64,000 nucleotides of DNA. It comes from Clostridia bacterium. Its GTDB lineage: Bacteria > Bacillota > Clostridia > Peptostreptococcales > JAAYPU01. Where the stretch lies: contig JADQBM010000006.1 in NCBI GenBank assembly GCA_016278615.1, forward strand, positions 36,206-100,205. Reading direction: 5' to 3'. The notes beneath the pieces were generated by a model, which ran no database searches, had not been told where the DNA came from, and saw only the letters and a list, made by a program, of their open reading frames with translations. The position numbers and the translations under genes were made by a program. Within the stretch, counting starts at the first letter, position 1, and each line of letters opens with the position of its first letter. Shown here one piece after another: positions 9,705 to 18,659 of this stretch.

Positions 9705-9920
9705 TGAATTGAAAATAGAAACAGATTAAAGTGATATAATTTTGACTATGGTAATTTTGATTGACAGTAGGAGTGCGCAGTCTCGAAGACGAAATCAAAG
9801 ATTTCCACGGAGCGAATGGCAACTCTTACTAATCATAGATTAGAGAGTTCCACTTTTCTCATTGCGTTTAAACTACGAGAGATTAAAATTCCGGTTAGGT
9901 CATAAAAGGAGGTGTGGTCA

Positions 9921-10181
9921 ATGGCAAGTAAAAAAGGAGTCGGTAGCTCCAAGAATGGTAGAGATAGTGAGTCCAAACGGTTAGGTGTTAAAAGAGCGGA
10001 TGGACAGACTGTACATGCAGGAAGTATCCTTGTTAGACAAAGGGGTACCAAAGTTCACCCTGGTAACAATGTTGGAAGAGGCGGAGATGACACACTTTTC
10101 GCTAAAATAGATGGTGTTGTGAAATTCGAGCGTAAAGGAAAAGAGAATAAACAAGTAAGTGTTTATACAAAAGAAGCATAA
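9921..10181 (+). CDS. rpmA: 50S ribosomal protein L27, without N-terminal propeptide
   Basis: [24 protein letters not shown] from ATG 9921 with AAAGGAGG RBS; the track start (GTG 9912) sits within 1 nt of the RBS, too close to serve as a start. Confidence 0.95.
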   Translation: MASKKGVGSSKNGRDSESKRLGVKRADGQTVHAGSILVRQRGTKVHPGNNVGRGGDDTLFAKIDGVVKFERKGKENKQVSVYTKEA

Positions 10182-10214
10182 ACAAGTCTTTTGCGTGAGT
10201 TAAGCCTGACAACG

Positions 10215-10248
10215 AACCCTCTGTGTTTTCATAGAGGGTTAATTTTTT
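10215..10248 (+). terminator. intrinsic terminator after rpmA
   Basis: AACCCTCT-gtgttttcat-AGAGGGTT followed by AATTTTTT. Confidence 0.85.
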
Positions 10249-10305
10249 AGAAGATAAAAGATAAAAGATAACAGATAATAGTTAAGGTTGGGTTTATACA
10301 CCTGA
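10249..10305 (+). repeat. E2: solo heptamer-tract arm with a divergent or truncated hairpin part
   Basis: AGAAGATAAAAGATAAAAGATAACAGATAATAGTTAAGG, then TTGGGTTTATACACCTGATTTTT instead of the GATTTTG/CAAAATC hairpin. Confidence 0.75.
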
Positions 10306-10352
10306 TTTTTAGGTATAATAAGTCATAGAATCATTTAAAGTAGGTGATAATT

Positions 10353-11636
10353 ATGTTTGTAGACAGAGCAAGGGTTCTCATAAGATCTGGAAAAGGGGGA
10401 GATGGGGCTGTTTCCTTTCGAAGAGAAAAATATGTTCCTGATGGTGGGCCTGATGGTGGAGACGGTGGAAAAGGCGGAGATGTTGTATTACAAGCCGATA
10501 TAAGTTTAAGAACACTCATGGATTTCAGATATAAGACTCAGTATTTTGCAACAGCCGGAGAAAACGGAAAAAAGAAAAAACAATTTGGTAAAGATGCAAA
10601 CGACTTGATTTTAAAAGTTCCACCTGGGACCATTATAATTGACGAAGAGACAGGTCTCACTATGACGGATTTGATTCAAGATGGAGATAGATACATAGCA
10701 GCAAAAGGAGGCAAGGGTGGAAAAGGAAATGTCCATTTCAAGACTTCTACAAGGCAAGCACCAAATTTTGCTGAAGCAGGTGGTTTTGCAGAAGAAAGAT
10801 GGATTATTTTAGAATTGAAGCTCATTGCAGATGTGGGTATTATTGGTTTTCCAAATGTGGGCAAGTCAACTTTGCTCTCCATTGTGACCAGTGCGAAGCC
10901 CAAGATTGGAAATTATCATTTTACCACCATTAAACCCAACTTAGGCGTTGTTGAGGTGTTTGATAAAAGTTTTGTTATTGCAGATATTCCAGGCCTCATA
11001 GAAGGAGCCCATAAAGGGTTGGGATTGGGTCTCAGCTTCTTGAAACATATCGAAAGAACCAAAATGCTTATACATGTAATTGATGTTTCTGGTTCTGAAG
11101 GAAGGGACCCTGTAGAAGACTTTGAAAAAATAAACGATGAGCTTAAGAGTTATACAAAAAGGCTTGGGGAGAAACTACAAGTTGTTGCTGCAAATAAAAT
11201 GGATCTGTTACAGTCACAGGACAAATTTGAAGATTTCAAAAAATATATTGAAGACAAAGGATATAAATTGTTTCCTATATCTGCCGCTGCTAATCAAGGC
11301 ATCAATGATATGATGAAATATATTGCTTCTGAACTGGATAACATAGAAGTAGAACCAGAATCTCAACATGAGAATATTTTTGATTTTGATTTGCACGGTC
11401 AAGACGATGCTGAATACAAGAAAGTATTTGTTCGTAAAGAAAATGAGAGTTATATCTTAGAAGGCAAACAACTAGAAAAAATCTTTAATTCCACAAATTT
11501 CAATGATTTAGAATCTTTAAGATATTTATACAACTATTTAAAATCTAGAGGTGCTATCGAGAAATTGCTAGAGATAGGGATTAAAGAAGGCGATACTGTA
11601 AAAATAAAGAATTTTGAGTTTGAGTTTTACGAATAA
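10353..11636 (+). CDS. obg: GTPase Obg
   Basis: MFVDRARV start, glycine-rich Obg fold (GGPDGGDGGKGGDV), G1 GFPNVGKST, C-terminal OCT-like domain. Confidence 0.95.
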   Translation: MFVDRARVLIRSGKGGDGAVSFRREKYVPDGGPDGGDGGKGGDVVLQADISLRTLMDFRYKTQYFATAGENGKKKKQFGKDANDLILKVPPGTIIIDEETGLTMTDLIQDGDRYIAAKGGKGGKGNVHFKTSTRQAPNFAEAGGFAEERWIILELKLIADVGIIGFPNVGKSTLLSIVTSAKPKIGNYHFTTIKPNLGVVEVFDKSFVIADIPGLIEGAHKGLGLGLSFLKHIERTKMLIHVIDVSGSEGRDPVEDFEKINDELKSYTKRLGEKLQVVAANKMDLLQSQDKFEDFKKYIEDKGYKLFPISAAANQGINDMMKYIASELDNIEVEPESQHENIFDFDLHGQDDAEYKKVFVRKENESYILEGKQLEKIFNSTNFNDLESLRYLYNYLKSRGAIEKLLEIGIKEGDTVKIKNFEFEFYE

Positions 11637-11667
11637 AAAAAGCAGAAATATTGTTCCTGCTTTTTTT
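11634..11667. terminator. bidirectional terminator between obg and the convergent repressor gene
   Basis: A7-AGCAG..CTGCT-T7. Confidence 0.6.
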
Positions 11668-11681
11668 ATTGTTTATAGGTG

Positions 11682-12440
11682 TTAAAAATTCATTTTAAAA
11701 GAAATGACCTTTCCCAGATAATTAAAATTAGTCATATCGTCGAAACAAAAAATATCATAGTCTTTGTTTTCTGGTACTAAAATGATACTGCTATTCTGTT
11801 CGAAATATCTTCTGATGCAGGGCGATTTGTTATCCTTGGGATAAAAGGCCACCACATCTCTGTTTTTTAATAATTCAGTTCTTGTAGGCGTGATTTTTAC
11901 GTGTGCATTCATAGGAATTAAAGGGTCCATAGAACCATCTCTTAAAAAGAAATAGGCATTTTCTGAATTCTCTTCCTCAATACTATGAACAGCTCCCGAC
12001 ATAGTATTTATTTCTGCTATTAGAGCATTGACATCTGATTCGTTTATGCTTTGAATGAGTTTAGCTGATAAATCAAGAGCTGCTAATACTTCTAATTCAT
12101 CTATGTATTCCTCAAATTTCGCACCAACTTCCTTATCTTGAGAAATAGATTTAAGAAGGTGTTTATTGACGGCGACAGACATTAGAATATACTTTCTAAT
12201 GACTTCAGGCGCTTTTTCTAAATACCCCTGAAAAACCAATCTCATGGGATTTTTTTCACCACAGACAAATGCTAATGCTTTTGATATATCTTCGGAAGGA
12301 GGCGGCAGTTTGCCGTTTTTTAGCTGGCTGATATAAGAAGGTGTAATCTCGTAATTTAAATCACCACATCTCTTGGTAAGTTGCCTTAATGATAAGCCGC
12401 TTTTTCGAATAATTTCATCCAGCATCTTGGCATAGACCAT
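11682..12440 (-). CDS. XRE-family HTH repressor fused to an S24 (LexA/CI-like) peptidase-type C-terminal domain
   Basis: N-terminal HTH (SGLSLRQLTKRCGDLNYEITPSYISQLKNGK); C-terminal FFLRDGSMDPLIP...DVVAFY resembles the S24 fold; AGGGGG RBS before ATG at 12440. Confidence 0.65.
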   Translation of the reverse strand: MVYAKMLDEIIRKSGLSLRQLTKRCGDLNYEITPSYISQLKNGKLPPPSEDISKALAFVCGEKNPMRLVFQGYLEKAPEVIRKYILMSVAVNKHLLKSISQDKEVGAKFEEYIDELEVLAALDLSAKLIQSINESDVNALIAEINTMSGAVHSIEEENSENAYFFLRDGSMDPLIPMNAHVKITPTRTELLKNRDVVAFYPKDNKSPCIRRYFEQNSSIILVPENKDYDIFCFDDMTNFNYLGKVISFKMNF

Positions 12441-12555
12441 GATAAAAAACCCCCTATTTTCAAACATTTGTATTGAGTCATCTTCTGTTAAGTATATCAT
12501 TTACATTATGTTAAATCAATACATAACATGTTTCGACATTATACTACTATTTATT

Positions 12556-12586
12556 TAAAAAAAAAGAGAATTTTAATTCTCTTTTA
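12556..12586 (-). terminator. terminator downstream of the UPF0316 gene
   Basis: A9-AGAGAATT-tt-AATTCTCT-TTT palindrome. Confidence 0.65.
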
Positions 12587-12613
12587 GGGTAATTCTAATT
12601 TTAATTTTTAATA

Positions 12614-13174
12614 TTAAAGTTTTTTACTTGTTAATCTTGGTACAAAGATGCCCCTATTAACATATTTCATTTCTTCAATGGAATAGAACATATTTGAGTC
12701 TGTATGCTCAATGATATCCACTACTTTATTCAGTTCTTTTCTTCTAAAAATACAGAATAAAATGTTTGTTTCACTTACTTTACCCATTCCTTTAACAATG
12801 GTTACCCCAAAACCTTCTTCGAATAGCCTATTCCTGAGCATATCCATCTTTTCTTCAACTATAAAAACCCGAGCAGCTAATGTTCCTAATGCTAATTTTT
12901 CTTCAATAATCATCCCTACATAGTTTCCTATAGCAAAACCACCGGCGTATGCAACGTAGCAAAGATAGTTTGTAGCATTTTGCATGATATTACTAATAAC
13001 CACTAGCCAGATGAGGACTTCGAAAAATCCCAACAATGGTGCGAGATATTTTTTCCCCCGTGAAATAAAAATAATCCGCAATGTCCCTAATGATACATCA
13101 ATAATTCTCGAGGTAAATATTAAAATTGGTATGACAACCCATTCAAACAAATCATTACTTATAAATATATCCAT
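12614..13174 (-). CDS. UPF0316/DUF2179-family membrane protein
   Basis: IIDVSLGTLRIIFISRGKKYLAPLLGFFEVLIWLVVIS is typical of the YebE-like UPF0316 family. Confidence 0.75.
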   Translation of the reverse strand: MDIFISNDLFEWVVIPILIFTSRIIDVSLGTLRIIFISRGKKYLAPLLGFFEVLIWLVVISNIMQNATNYLCYVAYAGGFAIGNYVGMIIEEKLALGTLAARVFIVEEKMDMLRNRLFEEGFGVTIVKGMGKVSETNILFCIFRRKELNKVVDIIEHTDSNMFYSIEEMKYVNRGIFVPRLTSKKL

Positions 13175-13372
13175 TCCTGTACTCCTTTAAATGAGAATGT
13201 TTTCAAGTATAATTATAACCTTTTAAGAAATTTAAGTAAATCATATTATAAATAGTGGCTAATCATTATGTCTATCATTATTTAAAAAGTCTATTGGCAT
13301 AATAAAAGTAGAATGGTTATAATAAAATAAGATGTAAAGGTTATCGTATTCATGTAATATTGAAGGAGAATT

Positions 13373-14665
13373 ATGGAAGAGAATCTATTTATTGAATTCA
13401 AAGAATCTGAAAAGTTTTTATATGATGATCCTGTAGAATGGGGTAAAGTTATCATTGGCATGGCTAATAGGTATGGTGGTAAAATAATTGTTGGCAAAAA
13501 AGATGATGGGTCCAATGAAGGCTTTGATATTTTTGACAAATTTTCAGAAGAAACCAAAAGTGGTATTGACAAATTAAAAGAGAAAATTGAAGCGTTTTGT
13601 AAGGACAGAATAACGCCTTCCATATTGTGTGATTTAAATCATCATATTGAAAAAAGCGGAGAGTTATTAATCATCAGCATTCCCAGAAGAAAAGAATTGC
13701 CATATGCTTACAAAGATCATGTGCGACGGACGTATTACATCAAAAATAGTCATGGAACAGATCCCATAACCGATGATACCTTAATTTCCTGGTTATACAA
13801 TGAAGGAAATTTTTATTTAAACAGAGAATTTTATTCATTAATTCATTTTAACAAAAACAAAATATTACCTGTATCTGATTATCAGAACAGTTGCATGTTC
13901 TTATTACCTGGTGTTGAACTGGCCAATCGGGTACTATTTCCATTATATAAAGAATTCGTTTTAGATAATGCTGTTCAACAGGAAATTATTTCTTTTTTAT
14001 TCCCATATTTGATATCATTGTCCTTGAACGAAAAAATGCATCATGGATGGCGTATTATAGAAAACACCACAGAAATGGGCGGTAGTACTACCTCCATAAA
14101 AGAAGATGCTGTTGAAATTGATGTTGATAAAATTTTAAAAGAAAATATTAAAATCCATTATGAGAGCCGCCAAATTGAAATTATCGAAGATATCTTTCAT
14201 AAAGGTATTTTTGGATTAGAAAAAATATTAGCTCCCGTTGAAACTAACGTAAAAATCAGTCATATAAAAACGGGTAACACTTATAACAGTATCATTGAAT
14301 TCTCGAATCCTCAGTTTAATTATAAAGTGACTACTGGCATTAATGTATACTCAGCTGCATTGGACGGTCCAATTTATCGAACCATACTTAAATCAATGAT
14401 GAATTGTAATATGAAAGGAGATATGATTAAAGACAATCAGAATTTTGAAACTTATGAGTTTATCGTCACAACAGAATCAGAATTTCTATTTTTGGAACAT
14501 CAGCGCTATGAATTTAAAAAAATAAATGAGTTCATCAATATGATTAATAAAACCTTGCAGGAAAATTGGGATTATTACTATTTGATAGAAAACATTTCAC
14601 CGGTTACACTTTTATATAGCATCGAGAATAAGATCAATCAAGTGATAAAAAAAATGGAAGAATAA
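13373..14665 (+). CDS. hypothetical protein, N-terminal AlbA_2/Schlafen-like domain plus ~280-aa uncharacterised C-terminus
   Basis: EENLFIEFKES...GKVIIGMANRYGGKIIVGKKDDGS...YYIKNSHGTDPIT fits the AlbA_2 pattern; I recognise nothing in the rest. Confidence 0.55.
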   Translation: MEENLFIEFKESEKFLYDDPVEWGKVIIGMANRYGGKIIVGKKDDGSNEGFDIFDKFSEETKSGIDKLKEKIEAFCKDRITPSILCDLNHHIEKSGELLIISIPRRKELPYAYKDHVRRTYYIKNSHGTDPITDDTLISWLYNEGNFYLNREFYSLIHFNKNKILPVSDYQNSCMFLLPGVELANRVLFPLYKEFVLDNAVQQEIISFLFPYLISLSLNEKMHHGWRIIENTTEMGGSTTSIKEDAVEIDVDKILKENIKIHYESRQIEIIEDIFHKGIFGLEKILAPVETNVKISHIKTGNTYNSIIEFSNPQFNYKVTTGINVYSAALDGPIYRTILKSMMNCNMKGDMIKDNQNFETYEFIVTTESEFLFLEHQRYEFKKINEFINMINKTLQENWDYYYLIENISPVTLLYSIENKINQVIKKMEE

Positions 14666-14696
14666 ATATAAAGTGATAGAACCCTGTAAAAATGAC

Positions 14697-14765
14697 CTAG
14701 TACATCGTTCTCTAAATAACACTACTATGTAGGAATGCGTAGGTATTTAGAGAACGCTGTACTAG
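14697..14765. terminator. 22-bp inverted repeat between convergent genes (bidirectional terminator)
   Basis: CTAGTACATCGTTCTCTAAATA / TATTTAGAGAACGCTGTACTAG, one mismatch, 25-nt loop, flanked by AAAAATGACC/GGCCATTTTT. Confidence 0.7.
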
Positions 14766-14795
14766 ATAATAGGCCATTTTTACTTTTGGGCTTTT

Positions 14796-15302
14796 TTATT
14801 TAAATTTAGCATTATCTCTGGATTTATACTTTCGAGGTTCAAGTATCAAAATGAAAGAATCTGGTTCATATTCTTCAATTATTTTTACCAACTCATTTTC
14901 TTTGTGACGGGTCACCAATATATCAAATTTATAACGATCACCATCGACACCTGTGCCTTTAAAAACAGTAAAATGAAAGTCTTTTTTTCTTAATATATTT
15001 ATGAGTGTTTGGTTGTAATTTTTAAGATTAACACTTATAGTTATGGTTCCAATTGCTAGTTTTTTTTCAATTATTCCCCCAATGCAAATTCCTACAGCAA
15101 AACCAATAGCATAAGTGAACATAACAAGAATATCGTTTTGCTCACTTAAAACCAATGAAAGTCCAAATATATATACAATAGCTTCTAAAAAACCAAATAC
15201 TGCAGAGATTGTACATTTTCCTTTAACCATAAAATTTGTGCGTAAGGTTAATAAAGGCATAAAAAATAATTGCAGTATCAAAATAGGAATAATTCTTTCC
15301 AT
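14796..15302 (-). CDS. second UPF0316/DUF2179-like membrane protein (paralog of 12614..13174)
   Basis: Same architecture: LLTLRTNFMVKGKCTISAVFGFLEAIVYIFGLSLVL, then a soluble C-terminal domain. Confidence 0.65.
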   Translation of the reverse strand: MERIIPILILQLFFMPLLTLRTNFMVKGKCTISAVFGFLEAIVYIFGLSLVLSEQNDILVMFTYAIGFAVGICIGGIIEKKLAIGTITISVNLKNYNQTLINILRKKDFHFTVFKGTGVDGDRYKFDILVTRHKENELVKIIEEYEPDSFILILEPRKYKSRDNAKFK

Positions 15303-15474
15303 AAAACCCCACCTCTTAAAAAATACCTATGATTATTATTAATTCACTTATGCACAATAAAATATACAGCTAATGATTATGGTTAAACTTGTATTTGCCC
15401 ATTTAACTTGATATAATTAATCTAGTATTTAAAAATGAGTTTGTTGAGATGCAGACTATAAATGAAGGCGGTCT

Positions 15475-17436
15475 ATGTCAATGTTACAGTTTGAAAACTC
15501 TGTAGAGCATGAAGAATGGCAGGAATTTATAACAGAAGGAATTGAACCAACTAAGATAAAAAGAAACATTTTAGATTCATGGAAAAGATGTAAGGCAATA
15601 AATGTAAATCCTTACGAAGGCCATAAAGGTTCCTCAATGGATCAAAAAGAATTGATGCAAAAAATTAAGGAAAAAGGCATACTGATAGATGTAATAAAAC
15701 CTTACATGGAAAATCTTTATAAGATAGTGGAAGGTTCAGGCGTGATTGTCTTTTTAACAGATGAAGAGGCCAATATTTTACATGTTATTGGGGATGAAGA
15801 TATATTAAAGGATTATCGTACAGGCTGCAATTTCAAACTGGGTGCCAACTGGAGCGAAAAAAATGTTGGAACCAGTTCAATTGGAATGGTTTTAAAAGAG
15901 GGAAAACCCATTCAAGTAGTTGGACGGGAACATTATTGTCTCAAGCATCAAAAGTGGACATGTTCAGCGGTCCCTATTCGGGATGTGGAAAAAAATATAG
16001 TTGCCTCCATAAGTATGGCTGGGAGATCTGAAAAAGGACATATTCACACTTTAGGAATGCTGGTCGCTACAGAAATGGCCATAGAGAATCAACTTAAAAT
16101 AATTGAAACAACAGAAAAACTTATTTTTGCTACAAAGAATCACAAGGCGGTCATTGAATCCGTTTCAGAAGGGATTTTATCCATAGATAAGCATGGCATT
16201 GTTACCTTTATGAATGAAAGTGCTGGAAAAATACTTTTTTCTGATTATAAAAATGCTGTGGGTAAACATATTAATGATGTATTAGACTATAAAGCGGTCA
16301 TTTTAAATGTCCTTGAAACAGGGGAAGGATATATCGATAAGGAATTTATTATTAATTCTAAAAGGGGCAGAATTCATTTTGTAAAGAGTGCCATTCCTAT
16401 TAGAGATGAAAATGGAGAGATTAATGGCATCGTTGATATATTTAGAGAGATAAAACAAGTTAAGAAATTGGTTAATCAAATGGTAGGTGCCCATGCCCGA
16501 TTTACTTTTGATGATATATTAGGCAAGAGTGATGAATTGATTGAGGCAAAACGCCTTGCAATGTCTGCTTCCAAATCTTCTTCAAATGTATTAATAATGG
16601 GAGAAAGTGGTACAGGCAAGGAGCTCTTCGCTCAAGCACTGCATAATGCCAGTTCACGCGTTCAAGGACCCTTTGTTGCTGTTAACTGCGGTGCCATTCC
16701 AAGGGAATTGATTGAAAGTGAATTTTTTGGTTATGTAGAAGGGGCTTTCACGGGTGCTCAAAGAGGCGGGCGGCCTGGCAAGTTTGAAATGGCTGCCGGT
16801 GGGACACTATTTCTCGATGAAATAGGAGAAATGACTATGGATATGCAGGTCCGACTCCTAAGAGTATTACAAGAGAAAGAGGTGACGCGAGTAGGGGGCA
16901 ATAAAACTTTTCCGGTAGATGTACGAATAATAGCTGCTACCAACAAAAAACTCAATAAAGAAATCGAAGAAGGCACATTTCGCAACGACCTTTTTTGGCG
17001 CCTTAATGTCCTTACAATAAACATACCACCTCTCTGTCAAAGGACTGGGGATATTCCTCTTTTGACTGGATATTTTCTTGAGACCCTTTCAAAAGAACAT
17101 AATAAGAAGTACATTCTGAACCCTGAAACCATGAAAATTCTTAACAACTATTCTTGGCCTGGGAATGTGAGAGAGTTGGAAAATATATTGGAACGAGCCG
17201 TTAATTTCACTGAAAAGAATGAAATTTTTCCAATAGATTTACCTAAAAACATACTTAAAAACGGTCAAGATTTTAAAAGCCCTAACAAAGTATTGTCATT
17301 GGAACAAGCAGAATATCAAGCTATTATAGAAGCTATGGAGCATTGCCAAGGAAACATCACCTTAGCAGCAAAAATATTAGGTGTAGCACGAAATACGCTT
17401 TATAGTAAAGTGAAGAAATATAGCATCGAGTGTTAG
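15475..17436 (+). CDS. acoR: sigma-54-dependent transcriptional activator (AcoR-like: GAF/PAS sensor, AAA+, Fis-type HTH)
   Basis: Walker A GESGTGKE, GAFTGA loop (EGAFTGA), C-terminal HTH NITLAAKILGVARNTLYSKVKKY. Confidence 0.9.
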   Translation: MSMLQFENSVEHEEWQEFITEGIEPTKIKRNILDSWKRCKAINVNPYEGHKGSSMDQKELMQKIKEKGILIDVIKPYMENLYKIVEGSGVIVFLTDEEANILHVIGDEDILKDYRTGCNFKLGANWSEKNVGTSSIGMVLKEGKPIQVVGREHYCLKHQKWTCSAVPIRDVEKNIVASISMAGRSEKGHIHTLGMLVATEMAIENQLKIIETTEKLIFATKNHKAVIESVSEGILSIDKHGIVTFMNESAGKILFSDYKNAVGKHINDVLDYKAVILNVLETGEGYIDKEFIINSKRGRIHFVKSAIPIRDENGEINGIVDIFREIKQVKKLVNQMVGAHARFTFDDILGKSDELIEAKRLAMSASKSSSNVLIMGESGTGKELFAQALHNASSRVQGPFVAVNCGAIPRELIESEFFGYVEGAFTGAQRGGRPGKFEMAAGGTLFLDEIGEMTMDMQVRLLRVLQEKEVTRVGGNKTFPVDVRIIAATNKKLNKEIEEGTFRNDLFWRLNVLTINIPPLCQRTGDIPLLTGYFLETLSKEHNKKYILNPETMKILNNYSWPGNVRELENILERAVNFTEKNEIFPIDLPKNILKNGQDFKSPNKVLSLEQAEYQAIIEAMEHCQGNITLAAKILGVARNTLYSKVKKYSIEC

Positions 17437-17497
17437 ATTTTCTAACACTGTTCCAAAATTGAGCATCGTCTGAAAGCACTGCATTTTACCCTTAACC

Positions 17498-17551
17498 GTA
17501 TAAGTGATCATATTTTGAACATATTAAATATGATTACTTATACTTTTTTTT
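17498..17551 (+). terminator. intrinsic terminator after the activator gene
   Basis: 17-bp IR GTATAAGTGATCATATT / AATATGATTACTTATAC followed by T8. Confidence 0.75.
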
Positions 17552-17582
17552 AACTAATGTTGAAATTTCAACGTTTTTATCT

Positions 17583-17598
17583 TGGCATATAACTTGCT
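17583..17598 (+). promoter_or_regulatory. sigma-54 (-24/-12) promoter of the aco operon
   Basis: TGGCAT-ATAAC-TTGCT; GG at 17584-85 and GC at 17596-97, 12 nt apart as in the TGGCAC-N5-TTGCW consensus. Confidence 0.8.
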
Positions 17599-17669
17599 CT
17601 AATAATGTTTAAAGCAAATTTATAATGGTATTAATAAATATAGTATCAGTCTACGAAAGGAGAAATTTT

Positions 17670-18659
17670 ATGAAAATGAAGGACAAAGACTTATCTTTAA
17701 AATTCTATGAAGAAATGCAACGATTACGATTATTCGAGCTTAAGGCTTCGGAATTATTTACCCAGGCAATGCTTTCAGGAAACATCCATACCTATACAGG
17801 TCAGGAAGCTGTTGCAGTGGGAGCTTGTAATGCTATAAAAGAAAGTGATTTTATTGTATCCACACACCGTGGTCATGGACATTGTTTAGCTAAAGGATGC
17901 AAATCTGATAGGATGATGGCTGAATTATTTGGAAAAGCAACAGGTTATTGCAAAGGAAAAGGTGGTTCCATGCATATTGCCGATTTAGAGCTGGGTATCT
18001 TAGGTGCTAACGGTATTGTTGGAGCGGGTATTTCCATAGGAACTGGTTCAGCATTAGCTTCAAAGATACAAAACAAAGCGGAAGTTACACTTGCTTTTTT
18101 CGGTGATGGTGCATCCAACGAAGGTTCTTTTCACGAATCTATTAATATGGCTTCTGCTTGGAATCTGCCTATTGTTTATTTATGTGAAAATAACAAATAT
18201 GGTGTGTCCGTTTGTATTGATAGAATTTGTAATGTAACAGATATTGCTGAACGTGCTAAAGCATATGACATACCAGGTGTGGTTGTAGATGGAAATGATG
18301 TTTATGCGGTTTATAAGGCAGTGTTAGAAGCGGCGAAACATGCTCGTGAAGGAAATGGACCTACTTTAATTGAAGCAAAAACATATCGATATCATGGTCA
18401 CTATGAAGGTGATCCTCAAATGTATAAACCAAAAGAAGAAATGGAAAAATGGTTGAATTTGGATGCCATTAAAAAGTTAAAAAAAGATATCTTAGATAAT
18501 AATCTAGCCTCAGAAAAAGAGCTTGATTCCATAGATCAACAAGTTAAAGATGAAATTGAATCTGCGGTTGAATTTGCTAAAGAATCACCGTATCCAGATG
18601 TTGATAGCGTTACTGACGATGTATATGCGATGGATAATGAAAGAGGTGTTGTCAGATGA
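17670..18659 (+). CDS. acoA: acetoin/pyruvate dehydrogenase-type E1 alpha subunit (TPP-binding)
   Basis: FFGDGASNEGSFHESINMA TPP motif; GAAAGGAG RBS before ATG 17670. Confidence 0.9.
   Translation: MKMKDKDLSLKFYEEMQRLRLFELKASELFTQAMLSGNIHTYTGQEAVAVGACNAIKESDFIVSTHRGHGHCLAKGCKSDRMMAELFGKATGYCKGKGGSMHIADLELGILGANGIVGAGISIGTGSALASKIQNKAEVTLAFFGDGASNEGSFHESINMASAWNLPIVYLCENNKYGVSVCIDRICNVTDIAERAKAYDIPGVVVDGNDVYAVYKAVLEAAKHAREGNGPTLIEAKTYRYHGHYEGDPQMYKPKEEMEKWLNLDAIKKLKKDILDNNLASEKELDSIDQQVKDEIESAVEFAKESPYPDVDSVTDDVYAMDNERGVVR

Noticed and set aside
9705-9920. Degraded prp/ysxB pseudogene in the rplU-rpmA spacer
   Set aside because: The 216 nt are too short for the ~110-aa protein, and no frame shows the GHA...C catalytic motif context.
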